From: Nitrosopumilus sp. | GTDB lineage: Archaea; Thermoproteota; Nitrososphaeria; Nitrososphaerales; Nitrosopumilaceae | NCBI GenBank assembly: GCA_965238275.1 | Contig: OZ250186.1 | Coordinates: forward strand, 768,001 to 832,000 | Direction of reading: 5' to 3' | DNA: 64,000 nt | In this document: one piece after another, positions 29,189 to 39,930 of the stretch | Layout: every line of letters starts with the position of its first letter | Position numbering within the stretch: position 1 is the first letter of the stretch | Notes under the pieces: model-generated | The model's input: the letters and a program-made list of their open reading frames with translations, nothing else | The model's database searches: none | What the model was told of the DNA's origin: nothing | Program-made: the position numbers and the translations under genes

Positions 29189-30580
29189 TCATTCTACGTA
29201 GTGGCTGTGCACCAGGTTGTCATAGAACCTGACTGACTTTATGTTTAGAAACTCCAGCATTCCATACCTTGAGAGCTCCCTTCCAAACCCGCTGTGCTTG
29301 ATTCCGCCAAACGGAATCCTCGGATCCGAGACCACCACATTATTGACGCTCACTATGCCTGACTCTATCTGTCTGGACATCCTCTCTGCCTTTGTGAGAT
29401 CCCTTGTCCAGATGCTTGCGCCTAGGCCAAACTCAGTGTCGTTGGCCATCCTTATGGCCTCCTTTTCATTCTCCACTATCGTAATCGGGGCCACCGGCCC
29501 AAAGACCTCCTCCCTTGCGATCCTCATGTCAGGCTTTACGTTGGAGAGAATTGTCGGCATGTAAAAGAAGCCGTTGCCATCCACCCGTTCCCCTCCGAGC
29601 AGGACCTCGGCACCCCTGTCCTTTGCCTCGTCGACCATCCCTGATATGTTCTCAAGGCCCTCTCTGTTTGAAATGGGTCCGATGTCAGTCTCCATGGATG
29701 ACGGGTCTCCGACCTTCAACTGCGATGTCATTTTGACAAACAGTTCGATGAATTCCTTTGCCACATTCCTTGTGACAAAGAATCTCTTTGAGGCTATGCA
29801 GCTCTGGCCGCAGTTGATGAACCTGCCCTTCACTGCCCCCTCTGCTGCTTTTTCAACGATTGCATCATCAAGTACTATGAAGGGATCGCTCCCACCAAGC
29901 TCCAGAACGCATTTTTTCAGGTTTGATGCGGCCCTTTTTCCCACCTCCATCCCTGCATTCATGCTTCCGGTAAATGTGATGGCATTGGTGTTTGAATCAA
30001 TCAGGTGGTTTGCAGACTCGACGCTTCCCACTATGGTCTGGAACACACCCTCAGGTACGCCAGAACTGATGAATGCCTTTTCAATCTCGATTCCGGACTG
30101 CATTGTTACCCTTGAGGGCTTCATCGCGATTACGTTTCCGGCCATCAGACATGGGGCTGCAAACCTCAGCGCTTGCCAGTACGGAAAGTTCCACGGCATG
30201 ATGGAGCCGATAACACCCAACGGCTCAAACGTCAAAAAGCTCTTTCTTGCATCCGTGTTGAGCACCTCGTCAGTCAGAAAACTGTCTCCATGGTCTGCAT
30301 AGAACTCCAGGGCCCATGCACATTTTTCGACCTCGCCGACTGACTCCTTGATGGCCTTTCCCATCTCTTCTGTTGCAACCTTTGCAAGTTGCATCTTGTT
30401 CTTCTTGAGGTACTCTACCAGATTGTAGATGTAGCTTCTGCGCTTCTCATAGTCGCCCTTCCACTCTGGAAACACCCCTCTGGCCTTTCCCACGATGGCA
30501 AACACCTGATCCCTGTCCATGGCCTGGTATGTAGCAATGCATTCACCGGTTGCCGGATTGACCGTCTCTATCTGGCTCAA
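29189..30580 (-). CDS. NAD(P)-dependent aldehyde dehydrogenase (succinate-semialdehyde dehydrogenase family)
   Basis: PWNFP, FTGS, LELGG, GQSC, EEVFGP, PFGG.K.SG.GRE. Confidence 0.93.
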   Translation of the reverse strand: MSQIETVNPATGECIATYQAMDRDQVFAIVGKARGVFPEWKGDYEKRRSYIYNLVEYLKKNKMQLAKVATEEMGKAIKESVGEVEKCAWALEFYADHGDSFLTDEVLNTDARKSFLTFEPLGVIGSIMPWNFPYWQALRFAAPCLMAGNVIAMKPSRVTMQSGIEIEKAFISSGVPEGVFQTIVGSVESANHLIDSNTNAITFTGSMNAGMEVGKRAASNLKKCVLELGGSDPFIVLDDAIVEKAAEGAVKGRFINCGQSCIASKRFFVTRNVAKEFIELFVKMTSQLKVGDPSSMETDIGPISNREGLENISGMVDEAKDRGAEVLLGGERVDGNGFFYMPTILSNVKPDMRIAREEVFGPVAPITIVENEKEAIRMANDTEFGLGASIWTRDLTKAERMSRQIESGIVSVNNVVVSDPRIPFGGIKHSGFGRELSRYGMLEFLNIKSVRFYDNLVHSHYVE

Positions 30581-30996
30581 CGCGTATCCCTGTAAAACCT
30601 CTCATAATACTCGGCGACGCCTGCAAGCATCCCTGCGTATGGATTAATCAGCGCATGCACGGATTCGTCATAGAGCTTCATGTATGTGATTCTCATTCGG
30701 GTGTACCACTTGAGATAGTTGTCAAAGTCATCGACATGCTTGATCCACATGTCAGTCATGCCGTCTGCATACGGCCGTACCTGCTCCAGAAGATCCTGCA
30801 GAGGAAGCATCCTTTCAAAGGCATTCTCTGCCATTATGCACGTACCATACACGTCATCAAGCGTGTGCAGATACTCCTTGTACATGTCTGAATACATTTG
30901 AAGATGCACAGGCAGGTGCATCTCTATCCTGTTGATTACCTTGGACATGTTGTCCTTGTACATGTTGCAGATTGATGGGGTCTCTTGGACTGACAT
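30577..30996 (-). CDS. Hypothetical amphipathic helical protein
   Basis: Overlaps the ALDH start by 4 bp; Y/M/D-rich helical pattern. Confidence 0.55.
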   Translation of the reverse strand: MSVQETPSICNMYKDNMSKVINRIEMHLPVHLQMYSDMYKEYLHTLDDVYGTCIMAENAFERMLPLQDLLEQVRPYADGMTDMWIKHVDDFDNYLKWYTRMRITYMKLYDESVHALINPYAGMLAGVAEYYERFYRDTR

Positions 30997-31270
30997 TACT
31001 ACGCGTCTCTACAGGCTCTATATCTTTATTTTGCATGCGACCTGTCAGATTCTGCCAATAGTGCAATTCCATGAGATGTCCTATCCGGATGCAACATCTT
31101 CACTGCAGACGTGCATGCGCCCCGTGTGTCATGCCTGCAACAGACGTAGCTGCAAATGATCATGCCCAGATACCTGCATGCCCCATACCCGGACACCCGC
31201 TGCGAATCCTGCCTGCCCTTCTCCTCCCGGTGTGATTATAATTTATAACAGAGGGTTGTCTGGAATGTGG

Positions 31271-31786
31271 TTGGTAGACAAATACGAGGATCCCTTTGTC
31301 AGAATCGCCTCCATGATTGGGGGGGACGAGTATCTCAAGGTTGCAAGATCTCTGCTCAAGGCTGAGGATGCCACAGACGAGGAGATTGCAAGCTCGACTG
31401 GCCTTAGAATCAACATGGTGCGGAAGGTTCTCTATGACCTGTTTGGCAAATCACTCATTACCGGAATCAGGGTAAAGGACGAGAGGAAGGGATGGTTTGT
31501 CTACAGGTGGAGAACCAGAAGGGACGAAGTCGAACACTTTATCGAGAATCAAAAGAAGAAGATTGGAGAGAGACTGCAGCAAAGACTAGACTATGAGAAC
31601 GCCTCTGATTTTTACCATTGCGGGAACGAAGACTGCCCAAGGGTGGCCTTTGAGGATGCCCTTGAAAGCATGTTCAGGTGCTCTTCGTGCGGAAAGGTAT
31701 TGAACCTGAAGAAGAATGACAGATCAAAGAAAGCCTACTCCAAAAAAATCGACGAGATCAAAAAAGACATACAGCAGGTATTCTAG
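31271..31786 (+). CDS. tfe: Transcription factor E (TFIIE-alpha)
   Basis: TDEEIA..G...N.VRK.LY.L, GWF.Y.W, Zn ribbon. Confidence 0.95.
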   Translation: MVDKYEDPFVRIASMIGGDEYLKVARSLLKAEDATDEEIASSTGLRINMVRKVLYDLFGKSLITGIRVKDERKGWFVYRWRTRRDEVEHFIENQKKKIGERLQQRLDYENASDFYHCGNEDCPRVAFEDALESMFRCSSCGKVLNLKKNDRSKKAYSKKIDEIKKDIQQVF

Positions 31787-31837
31787 CTGTCAAGTGGGAC
31801 CTTTGGTTGCTGGTCTCCGAAGAATTCAATTCCGGAG

Positions 31838-32362
31838 TCACTCCTCCACGATCACGTTCTTGCCGCTGCCTGAGGGAACTATCCTTCTCATGGCACCGGG
31901 AAATTCCCTTTCAAACTGCCTCCCCTCGTGGATGCGATCCAGCAGGACTGCAAGCGCGCTTATCTCCGAGTGGGGCTGGCATCCGATCCCCACGTTGTAG
32001 TCTGCCAGTTCGTATATCTCCCTTGGAACCTTCTCTGCCCCCACAACAACCAGCAAATTCTCCTCGCCCCTGAGCCTCTCCTGTACCTCGTTGATGCTCT
32101 CACCGTACATGGACAGGTGCGCCACGGCAAACCCGTCCTCCTTTTTCTTTCTTATGACGGGCCTCCACTTTTCGATAAACTCGACTTGAAAGTCTCCCCC
32201 CCATGTCCTGCCTACCTTCCCAATGGTATCTTCTATCTCGGGGTTGACTTCGTTCATGAGTATCCTTGCAGCGCCAAACGCCCTGGCAACCAGTGCCACG
32301 TGTGTCGTAACCCTGTCATCCCTGACAAGCCGCTGGCCAATCCTGACCACCTCAATTACCAA
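31838..32362 (-). CDS. trm56: tRNA (cytidine56-2'-O)-methyltransferase
   Basis: [35 protein letters not shown]. Confidence 0.95.
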   Translation of the reverse strand: MVIEVVRIGQRLVRDDRVTTHVALVARAFGAARILMNEVNPEIEDTIGKVGRTWGGDFQVEFIEKWRPVIRKKKEDGFAVAHLSMYGESINEVQERLRGEENLLVVVGAEKVPREIYELADYNVGIGCQPHSEISALAVLLDRIHEGRQFEREFPGAMRRIVPSGSGKNVIVEE

Positions 32363-33449
32363 GCAGGTCGGCCCCTCCAGGTTCATTCCCGTACCGAACC
32401 CCTACTGCGTCCCTGACTGTCTCCTTGAGATGCCTGGCATTCTCCCCTGTTCTTGCAGATACCGGGACAACCCTTCTGCCTGTCAACCCGAGCATCTCAA
32501 TTGCCCCGCTGATCTCCTCGTGTCCTATCAGGTCGGCTTTGTTTAGCGCATAAACCATCCTCTCCCTTTGGACACCCAGCTCTCCTAGGGTTCTCATGCA
32601 GCTTGAAAACTTTTTTTTCATCTTTTGTGGCGGATCGCCTGCATCAATCACCACCACCACGGCATCTGCATGGAGCAGCTCCTCAAGCGTGGACTTGAAT
32701 GCATCTATCATGTATGCAGGCAGCTTGTTGATGAATCCCACGGTATCTGACATCAGAAACCGCTCCCTGTCCACCTCCAGCCTTCTGGTCGTCGTCGACA
32801 GCGTGGTGAACAGCTCCTCACCCTCTGCCCTCTCCTCTCCTGTCAGCCTGTTGAACAGGGTCGTCTTTCCGGCAGACGTGTACCCTGCAAGCGACACGGT
32901 CTTGAATCCCATCCTCTTTCTTCCCTGTCTGTGCAGCTCCCTCTGCCTTCCTGACTTTTCAAGCTTGGTCCTCGTCGTGTTCATCCTGTGCTTGATGTCG
33001 TTATAGTATACGTCCACCTCGAACTTGCCTATCCCCATGAATCCTGGCTGCTCGCCCATTCTTGAGAGGCGAACCCTCTCCCTTGCCCTTGACATCTCGT
33101 ATCTCAGCTGCGCCAGTCTTACCTGTAGTTTTGACTCCGCACTTGAGGCCCTGCTCTCAAAGATCTCCAGTATCAGCGCCTCCCTGTCCAGTATCTCCAT
33201 GTGCAGGGCAGATGCAAGGTTGTAACTCTGGCTTGGCTTTAGAATTTCGTCGTATATTATGACATCCGGGTGCACCCTCCCTGCGATCTCCTCAAGCCTC
33301 TCCAGGATGCCGCTGCTTATACCGTATTTTGGCCTCTTGAGAAACCTCTGCCTCACCGTATGCACTATCTGGTATCCTGCAGCATCGCACAGGCCTGCTG
33401 CCTCGTCTGCAATGCCTTCCCTGTCATATGTGATTAGAATTGCCTTCAT
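32352..33449 (-). CDS. hflX: GTPase HflX
   Basis: LILEIF..RA...[30 protein letters not shown]. Confidence 0.95.
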   Translation of the reverse strand: MKAILITYDREGIADEAAGLCDAAGYQIVHTVRQRFLKRPKYGISSGILERLEEIAGRVHPDVIIYDEILKPSQSYNLASALHMEILDREALILEIFESRASSAESKLQVRLAQLRYEMSRARERVRLSRMGEQPGFMGIGKFEVDVYYNDIKHRMNTTRTKLEKSGRQRELHRQGRKRMGFKTVSLAGYTSAGKTTLFNRLTGEERAEGEELFTTLSTTTRRLEVDRERFLMSDTVGFINKLPAYMIDAFKSTLEELLHADAVVVVIDAGDPPQKMKKKFSSCMRTLGELGVQRERMVYALNKADLIGHEEISGAIEMLGLTGRRVVPVSARTGENARHLKETVRDAVGVRYGNEPGGADLLGN

Positions 33450-33473
33450 GTTCCCGTACGCATCCCCGCAGAA

Positions 33474-34520
33474 TCATTCCATCTTTTTGAGAACCTTCTC
33501 TATGTTCATGTTCAGCACGATCTCAGATATGTCGCTTGCATACTCTGCCACCCTCCTGATGTTCTCTGCCATCCTTCTGACCCTGTAGATCTCCTCGTCA
33601 TCCTCAAGGGATTCTGATGCCTCCCTCACCCTCTTTTCGTACACTGTGATCTTCGAGGCATCCATGATGTTCTTTTCTGCCTGGGCATAGTTCTCCTTGA
33701 ATAGTGCCAGGCAGGAGTCGTCTAGCAGCGACAGGCAGAACTGGTTCATATCCTGCAACCTCTCTAGGACGCCTGCGGGTATGGGCTTTTTAAACTCCAG
33801 CAGATCCCTTGCAATCCACGAGGCATGATCGCCGGTCCTCTCGATGTTCTTTACTATCAGCCTGTACCCAAGGCAGTTCCGGGCGTTCTTGAAGCCCATC
33901 TCCTTTAGCATGTACTCATTCTGGATTGCGATCTTTAGCTGGCGGATTATGTAAAATCCGAACCTGTCCACCTCGTCGTCCGTGTTAATCACCTCCTGCG
34001 CAAGCTCCTGATTGTTCTCCCTTACTGCCAGGATGGCATCGTTTGACATTGATTTTGTCAGGTGCATCATCCGCTTGAAGGCCCCGTCCACTGAGAGCTC
34101 CAGCAGGTTGACTAGTACCTGTATTGTTATGCCCTCGCTGGAGTCTGAGATGATCTCCGATCCCATCAGCATCCGCTTTACGGCCTCCTTTACCGCATTC
34201 CTCTGGCTGGGACCAAGCCTGCCGATCTTGGGTTTTACATGGATGGTCTTGAATCCCAGAAAGTACAGGGATATCAGCTTTCTTACAATCGACGAGGGCT
34301 CGTCGTCAGTCTCAATCTCGATTAGCGCGTCCTCCTTTTTTTGCACATTGGTCTCAAACTTTGGCGGATGCAGCTCCAGGGTGGACAAGCCCTTTCTGAC
34401 TACCCTGAGCTGGTCGCCCTGCTTCAGACCCAGCTCAACGATCCATTGTTTTGGCAGTGAAATTATGTATGATGACTTGCCGGTAAACTGAATCTTCCTC
34501 GTCTCCTCTCTTTCCTTCAC
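33474..34520 (-). CDS. phoU: Phosphate uptake regulator PhoU with AbrB domain
   Basis: RKIQFTGKSSYIISLPK.W, DDEVDRF, IERTGDHA. Confidence 0.92.
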   Translation of the reverse strand: MKEREETRKIQFTGKSSYIISLPKQWIVELGLKQGDQLRVVRKGLSTLELHPPKFETNVQKKEDALIEIETDDEPSSIVRKLISLYFLGFKTIHVKPKIGRLGPSQRNAVKEAVKRMLMGSEIISDSSEGITIQVLVNLLELSVDGAFKRMMHLTKSMSNDAILAVRENNQELAQEVINTDDEVDRFGFYIIRQLKIAIQNEYMLKEMGFKNARNCLGYRLIVKNIERTGDHASWIARDLLEFKKPIPAGVLERLQDMNQFCLSLLDDSCLALFKENYAQAEKNIMDASKITVYEKRVREASESLEDDEEIYRVRRMAENIRRVAEYASDISEIVLNMNIEKVLKKME

Positions 34521-34612
34521 GGGATATAGTGTGTGTGGCCAGTCTATATAGTTTGAGATCCGCGATCTGTGTCATCATTGGACTAATATTTGGTCGGAGG
34601 CTGTCCATACCC

Positions 34613-35080
34613 ATGGATCACATCCTGAAACTGCAGCACACACTTGATGCACTGTTTGGGAATGGCGTCTCCAGGCACATGCCAAAGGACGTGGTGATGA
34701 CATTCTCGCGCAAGACAGGACGGATCAGAACTGTCATGTCCGGGGGACGGCTGCTGTGCACGCTGAGAATCGACGGCGGCCTGGCATTAAGTCCGTATTT
34801 TGCCCAGATGCTACTGGGCAGCAGGGCGTTCCGGGAGAACTGTGTCGAGGTAAATTCGGAGGCTGCCCCGTTTGTAGAAGAGGGACGCTCGGTATTCTGC
34901 CGGCATGTGGTGTGGTGCGGCAGAAACGTCAGGGTGTCTGCCGATACTCCTGTAATCTTCGAAGGCAGGGTCATTGCAGTGGGCAAGGCGGTCCTCTCAT
35001 ACCCGATGATCGGCGATTTCAAGCGGGGCGTGGCAGTCCGGATAAGGAATAGCTTAAAAAGTTCCGCCGTGGAGGCATAG
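34613..35080 (+). CDS. PUA domain protein (archaeosine TGT C-terminal-like)
   Basis: SRKTGRIR, FV.EGRSVF..HV, RGVAV.IR. Confidence 0.88.
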   Translation: MDHILKLQHTLDALFGNGVSRHMPKDVVMTFSRKTGRIRTVMSGGRLLCTLRIDGGLALSPYFAQMLLGSRAFRENCVEVNSEAAPFVEEGRSVFCRHVVWCGRNVRVSADTPVIFEGRVIAVGKAVLSYPMIGDFKRGVAVRIRNSLKSSAVEA

Positions 35081-35082
35081 TC

Positions 35083-35424
35083 ATGATGCGAGGACAAAAC
35101 CGCGGCATGCGGAGGTCGATTAACAAGATGGGCATGGACATGAACGAGATGCAGGATGTTCAGGAGGTAATCATTCGGACTAGCAAGAAGGAGATCATAA
35201 TCAACAAGCCCAGCGTAACTGAGATGAAGGCCAAGGAGAGCATAATCTTCATGGTTGATGCAGGCGACTACGAGGAGAGGGAACTGGAGGTCCCGACATT
35301 CTCAGAGGGCGACATCCAGATGGTCAGGCAGGCGGCAGACGTAGACGAGGCCAAGGCCATATCCGCCCTGACAGACGCCAAGGGCAACATTGCCCAGGCC
35401 ATTCTGCTTCTGACCGCGGGATGA
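35083..35424 (+). CDS. nac: Nascent polypeptide-associated complex protein
   Basis: V.EVII, DI.MV.Q, G.IA.AI..L UBA tail. Confidence 0.92.
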   Translation: MMRGQNRGMRRSINKMGMDMNEMQDVQEVIIRTSKKEIIINKPSVTEMKAKESIIFMVDAGDYEERELEVPTFSEGDIQMVRQAADVDEAKAISALTDAKGNIAQAILLLTAG

Positions 35425-35498
35425 GCCCGTCTGGCAAATACCTTTCTGAAAAGAAATCCTAAGAATGATTTAAGTATGGAACAGTTATCGTCAGGAAC

Positions 35499-35825
35499 AT
35501 GTCCGAATCCCGCGTATCTGTAGTGCTCAAATCACTCAACGCCCTGGAGGATGATCTTAACTCGCTTAATGCCAAGGCCGCTGACATAAAGCAGGCCCTA
35601 TCAGTCAAGGTTCAAAATGAGATTGACTCCATGCTGGACAAGACCCAAAAGATCGCCACAGGACAAGTCGAGATGATAATCAGTGCATCCCGGGAGAAGG
35701 CCAACGCCGAATCACAAAAAATCATCAAGGACGGCCAGACGAGGCTTGCCGAGATTCAGGGGAAGATCGATGCCAACTTTGATGAGGCCGTGGTACACGT
35801 TGTGTCAACTGTTTTGAAGGAATAA
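35499..35825 (+). CDS. Coiled-coil hypothetical protein (ATPase subunit H/G-like pattern)
   Basis: Helical, REKA..E...I...G and NFDEAV..V. Confidence 0.6.
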   Translation: MSESRVSVVLKSLNALEDDLNSLNAKAADIKQALSVKVQNEIDSMLDKTQKIATGQVEMIISASREKANAESQKIIKDGQTRLAEIQGKIDANFDEAVVHVVSTVLKE

Positions 35826-35864
35826 CCCTAAATTCCACATCCTTCAATACCTAGTATAGACCCG

Positions 35865-36521
35865 TTGCTTGATGCCCGTATCGGAGTTGCAACTGCCTAT
35901 GGAAGGCCGTACTACCGATTCTCTACGCTTTTGAAGAGGTTCAACCTCTCGTTTGATTCCATCCTTCCCGGGGAGATTCCCGGGTATGCGGGGCATCTTG
36001 TACTTACCACATACGGGGAATCGCTTGTGGGATGCAGAATGCCGGTACTCTTTGAGGACATTCTTGGACACCATCCGACTGTAGCTAGGGGACTTATGAT
36101 GCAGAAGATCATGCCCGGTTTTGAAGACGAGGATCTCGTGCTGGGAATAGATCCCGGACAGAGGACCGGCCTGTCAGTGTCATACTGCGGAATGGAGATT
36201 GACGGGTCGTTTCATTCCTCCGTCGAGGCTCTTGCCACACACGTGGCCTGTATCCTCAAGGGCCTTGAGGCGGGGCGCAGAATAGTAAAGATTGGAAACG
36301 GGAACATGCACATGGCAGGGCAGATAATCCGCATGCTTGGTCTGAAGCGCTGCCCGCCGTTTGTGCTGGAGTTTGTAGACGAGCAGAACACCAGTCTGAA
36401 GATAAAGAACTTCAACCAGCGCGGCAGGAGGGACATTCTCTCGGCAAGGTACATCTCCCGGCGCCAGGGATACACGCATCCCGGAATGATGATGCAGTCT
36501 GCCGGGCCCGGAACCGTCTGA
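35865..36521 (+). CDS. Conserved hypothetical protein with RNase H-like LGIDPG motif
   Basis: LGIDPG..TGL, KIGNG, VDE..TS, RD..SA..I. Confidence 0.7.
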   Translation: MLDARIGVATAYGRPYYRFSTLLKRFNLSFDSILPGEIPGYAGHLVLTTYGESLVGCRMPVLFEDILGHHPTVARGLMMQKIMPGFEDEDLVLGIDPGQRTGLSVSYCGMEIDGSFHSSVEALATHVACILKGLEAGRRIVKIGNGNMHMAGQIIRMLGLKRCPPFVLEFVDEQNTSLKIKNFNQRGRRDILSARYISRRQGYTHPGMMMQSAGPGTV

Positions 36522-36707
36522 GCTCCACACATGCCTGCTGCATGCATCAATCCAAGCCCGGCAAAATCAGACAGGCTAGGACATCGCCTCACGGACACGA
36601 CCTCCATGTGGTGCCGTTGCCGACCCATATATCAGGGAGCAAATCCCGATATTTCATCATCAAGTTTCCCCTGAAACCCCCATCTGGCGGACCATTCCTG
36701 TAAAACA

Positions 36708-38983
36708 GTGTGCGTTCACGTCCCCCCTTACCAATTCCACGCTAGCTGGGATGTCATACATGGGCATGTGATTCTGACTCCATTATGGAAGCATCCATCA
36801 GAAGACATGCCAGTGTGTGAAAATGCATGGCAAGAATAAGATGCCATCCTGCAGACATGCCTGGGGCTTTTTGTGGCATGTTCTGCAACGTGTCCTGTCT
36901 AAACCAAAATGGTGCGGCAACAACCCGGATCTGCTGGATGTCGTGGCGCGGTCATTTGAGATTCGGAAGTATCGGCGGCGGCGTCCCGGCCTCGAACATG
37001 TTCCACGAGTCGCATGCGGTGACTGCATCGCCTGAGAACATTCCGCGTTTTGCGCACGTGGCGTGAATCGTCTGGAGTGTGGCAAGGTTCTCGGCGGCGC
37101 GCCGGTTCGGAAGTATACGCTGTATGTTGCGCGGCCTTACGACATACCCGCGTATGGTCCTCTCGCAGGCGTTGGTGCTGCCCTCCATTCCGGGATGTCC
37201 GATGAACGTGAGGAGGTACGGCATTGCGTTTTCAAGCGTGCCTGCAAACTCGCGGCTGGCATCATCAGAGACTGCGCCGTTCCGGTATGCATGGGCCACC
37301 TTTCCGAGGCGCTTGAGCAGGTCAGACCGGCTTGATTCGACGTGTTCTGCCAGTCCGGGAACGGTCCTGACGGCGGCGCCGATGTCGCCGGCCATCTCGA
37401 GGGTCCTGGCAGCTGCTGCCTTGGCGTCGTGGTATATGCCGCGCATCATGACATGGCAGCTGCTGCCTTGGCGTCGTGGTATATGCCGCGCATCATGACA
37501 TACAGGACATACTCTAACGAGTCGATGCCGTGGCGAATGGCCAGGCCCTCGCTCTTGCGGCTCACGTGCACAAAACACGACTGGAACTCGCCCCCAAAGG
37601 TGTAGCCGCCGCGGTACATGTCTGCCACAAACGGCCTGTTCAGCACCATCCAAAAGGCGCCCTCCATGGTCTTCCTGGACTTGTCCTTCTCTATGCGTAT
37701 GAGGACAGCATGCTCTGTGTCCAGCACCAGGGCCTGTGCCTGCCTGCCCCCGATGTTTTTTCGCGACTCGTCTATCTGCACGTATGGCGCCATGCTGATC
37801 TTTTCCTCTATCTGTCGGAGAAGCGGTTGTGTTGTTGTTGCTGCTGCTGCTGTTGTTGCTGCTACTGCTGCTGCCATCGTGCCGGACCAGACTGCATCCC
37901 GGCTCTGGTCATACGACCCGTGATCTGCAGGTGGTCGGAGCGGTGCCTTGGAGACTAACGGTATTTCTGCATGGTCTGGGATCGTTTCCGGACAGTCTCC
38001 TTTTGCGCGTCCTGCCGTCCCCGACAGACAGTTGGATATGCATCCTGTAGATAACGTGACGCCGTGGTTTGATGCCAGAAGTTTTTGGATGGATCTTACG
38101 GATGGCACGACTGCGTGTATGTTGGTGATTATCCTCCTCAGGCCGGGTCCGAGCGATGATCCCGCAATGGTGCCAGTCTCGGGGTGCGTGACGGTACCGC
38201 ACCCGATGCAGTATGCCGGCACGGTCTCCTCCACGTGGCAGACCATCTTGCCGCATCGGGTCAAATCAAGCACCACCTTCCAGAACATCCCTTCGGGCTG
38301 TGTGTCCGTCCTGCCGCAGTTTTTGCACATGTCTGCCTGGCATGTCTTGGTCTCAGTCGGCTTGCAGACGTGGGAGACTCCCCTTGTCCCGGGCTGGTGC
38401 CCGCACCGTCTTCCGGCAGGACAGGCACTGCCGTCCTCATCCTCCCCGCCGATCCTGCCGTCGGCCCTCCTCTGGAACTCTTTTCGCTTCTTGACAAACA
38501 GGACTGCCTCCCTGGACGAGTGGTTCCAACTCTCGTGGACCGACAGCATCCTTTTGAGATTGGTTATCTCTTTTTTCAGGCCGTCATTCTCCATGGTTTT
38601 TTGTGCCAGCCTGTCCCTCAGCGAATCCACCAATCCCAAACACGTCGCAACCACCCCGATCAGGCAGTCTGCCACTCCCCATGCGCGGCGCAGTTCTGCC
38701 TGCAGGATCAGCTTTTCGGATTTTGGCAGAGGAGGAGCCATGCCTAAAGGGACACCTGCCCGGGGCATCCCACGGATGCCGGATCGGTTTTTTTAAATAT
38801 TGATTTCGTGCATGGATATTGACGCGCATGTTTCATGTGGATTCGTTGTTTACTGACTCATGCGTTGTCATTTTAAGCACAGATTTGGAAAAAACTTATT
38901 CATTGGTTTGTGCTGTTTGACACCTGTGCATTGGGATGACTGGCGTGGGTGGGTGCAGTATCTGGGGGGACGTGAACGCACAC
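36708..38983 (-). mobile_element. IS66-family element (single-ORF type)
   Basis: Perfect 20-bp TIR GTGTGCGTTCACGTCCCCCC; 8-bp TSD GTAAAACA at 36700-36707 and 38984-38991. Confidence 0.93.
36952..38768 (-). pseudogene. IS66 transposase, frameshifted by a 47-bp tandem duplication (37407-37500)
   Basis: G.QPG..G, CxxCG zinc finger, IDES, VAD.Y.GGY, QSCFVH, TNACERTIR. Confidence 0.88.
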
Positions 38984-39159
38984 GTAAAACATGATGGTAA
39001 AATCAGCTATACATATTTATTGAAGTTTTCTAGGTTTTCTTTGCAACTAATGAGGCTAGTTGTGTTAGTAGTTGGAATATTTCCAACATTTAGCATCATT
39101 TTGTTGATATTTTATCGATCTACCCTTATATAGTTATAAAATATATATTAGTTACCAAG

Positions 39160-39570
39160 ATGACTTGCAAAGGAATTTGTGTTAGATACAAGGCTCAAAA
39201 GCCTGTTGGAACCGGACGATACGCTTCGGGACAACGTCGATGCCAAATTTGTGAAATATTCATCAAATGGGAAGGACTCTGGTGTCCATGTTGTGGTTAC
39301 AGACTGCGAACCAAGCCACGCAATCTGAAATACAAGGCAAAACTGCGTGCCCGAGTTGAAGCCGACTCGATCGAGGCCAAACCGGACATGATTGTCCAGC
39401 CTGAGGTAGTAGTGGCATCAACCAAGGTGGCAAAAACCAGAGAGAAGGCGCCATGCAAATACTGCGAGAAGCTGTTTGTCTATCCTGGCAAGCATGAGAA
39501 GAACTGCAAAAAGAACCCCGCACATGCTGCCGTCCCCCAGGAGCATGAATCAATAGCAATAAAAGCATAG
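39160..39570 (+). CDS. Cys-rich zinc-finger protein
   Basis: MTCKGIC.RY..RY..GQ.RCQ.C...CPCCG.RLR plus a C-terminal CxxC..H..C finger. Confidence 0.8.
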   Translation: MTCKGICVRYKAQKPVGTGRYASGQRRCQICEIFIKWEGLWCPCCGYRLRTKPRNLKYKAKLRARVEADSIEAKPDMIVQPEVVVASTKVAKTREKAPCKYCEKLFVYPGKHEKNCKKNPAHAAVPQEHESIAIKA

Positions 39571-39585
39571 GACAATGTTCAAAGT

Positions 39586-39930
39586 GTGTTGAACTCTCCA
39601 GACGGAACCTGTCAGAAGATGGTATGTCTGGAGAACCGCACTTTTTCTTTATTGATTCAACGATTCGAGAACGGATGTTCCGTATTTATCAGCGAGGGAC
39701 CGGCCCGGATAGGATCCATGACTGCGTCCCTGGCAGGCGGGCCGGTGCCGGTGACCATTACCATCATTCCATCAAAGACCGAGTCCCTCTTCCTGAAGCT
39801 TGCAGCAGAGCGCCTCAGTACGCGGATGCGGGGCATTGCGCTTGTCTCGGTGTTTGTACAAAGGGAGCTGGGATCAGATACTGCCAAGGCCCTGATGAGC
39901 CAGATGATGGAGATGATCGAGGATGACTGA
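39586..39930 (+). CDS. Hypothetical protein (proteasome assembly chaperone 4-like)
   Basis: FENG..V.ISEG..RIGS pattern; overlaps the ubiD-family start. Confidence 0.55.
   Translation: MLNSPDGTCQKMVCLENRTFSLLIQRFENGCSVFISEGPARIGSMTASLAGGPVPVTITIIPSKTESLFLKLAAERLSTRMRGIALVSVFVQRELGSDTAKALMSQMMEMIEDD

Noticed and set aside
29241-30302. Long antisense ORFs here and opposite many other genes
   Set aside because: Shadows of well-supported genes on the other strand, with no motifs of their own.
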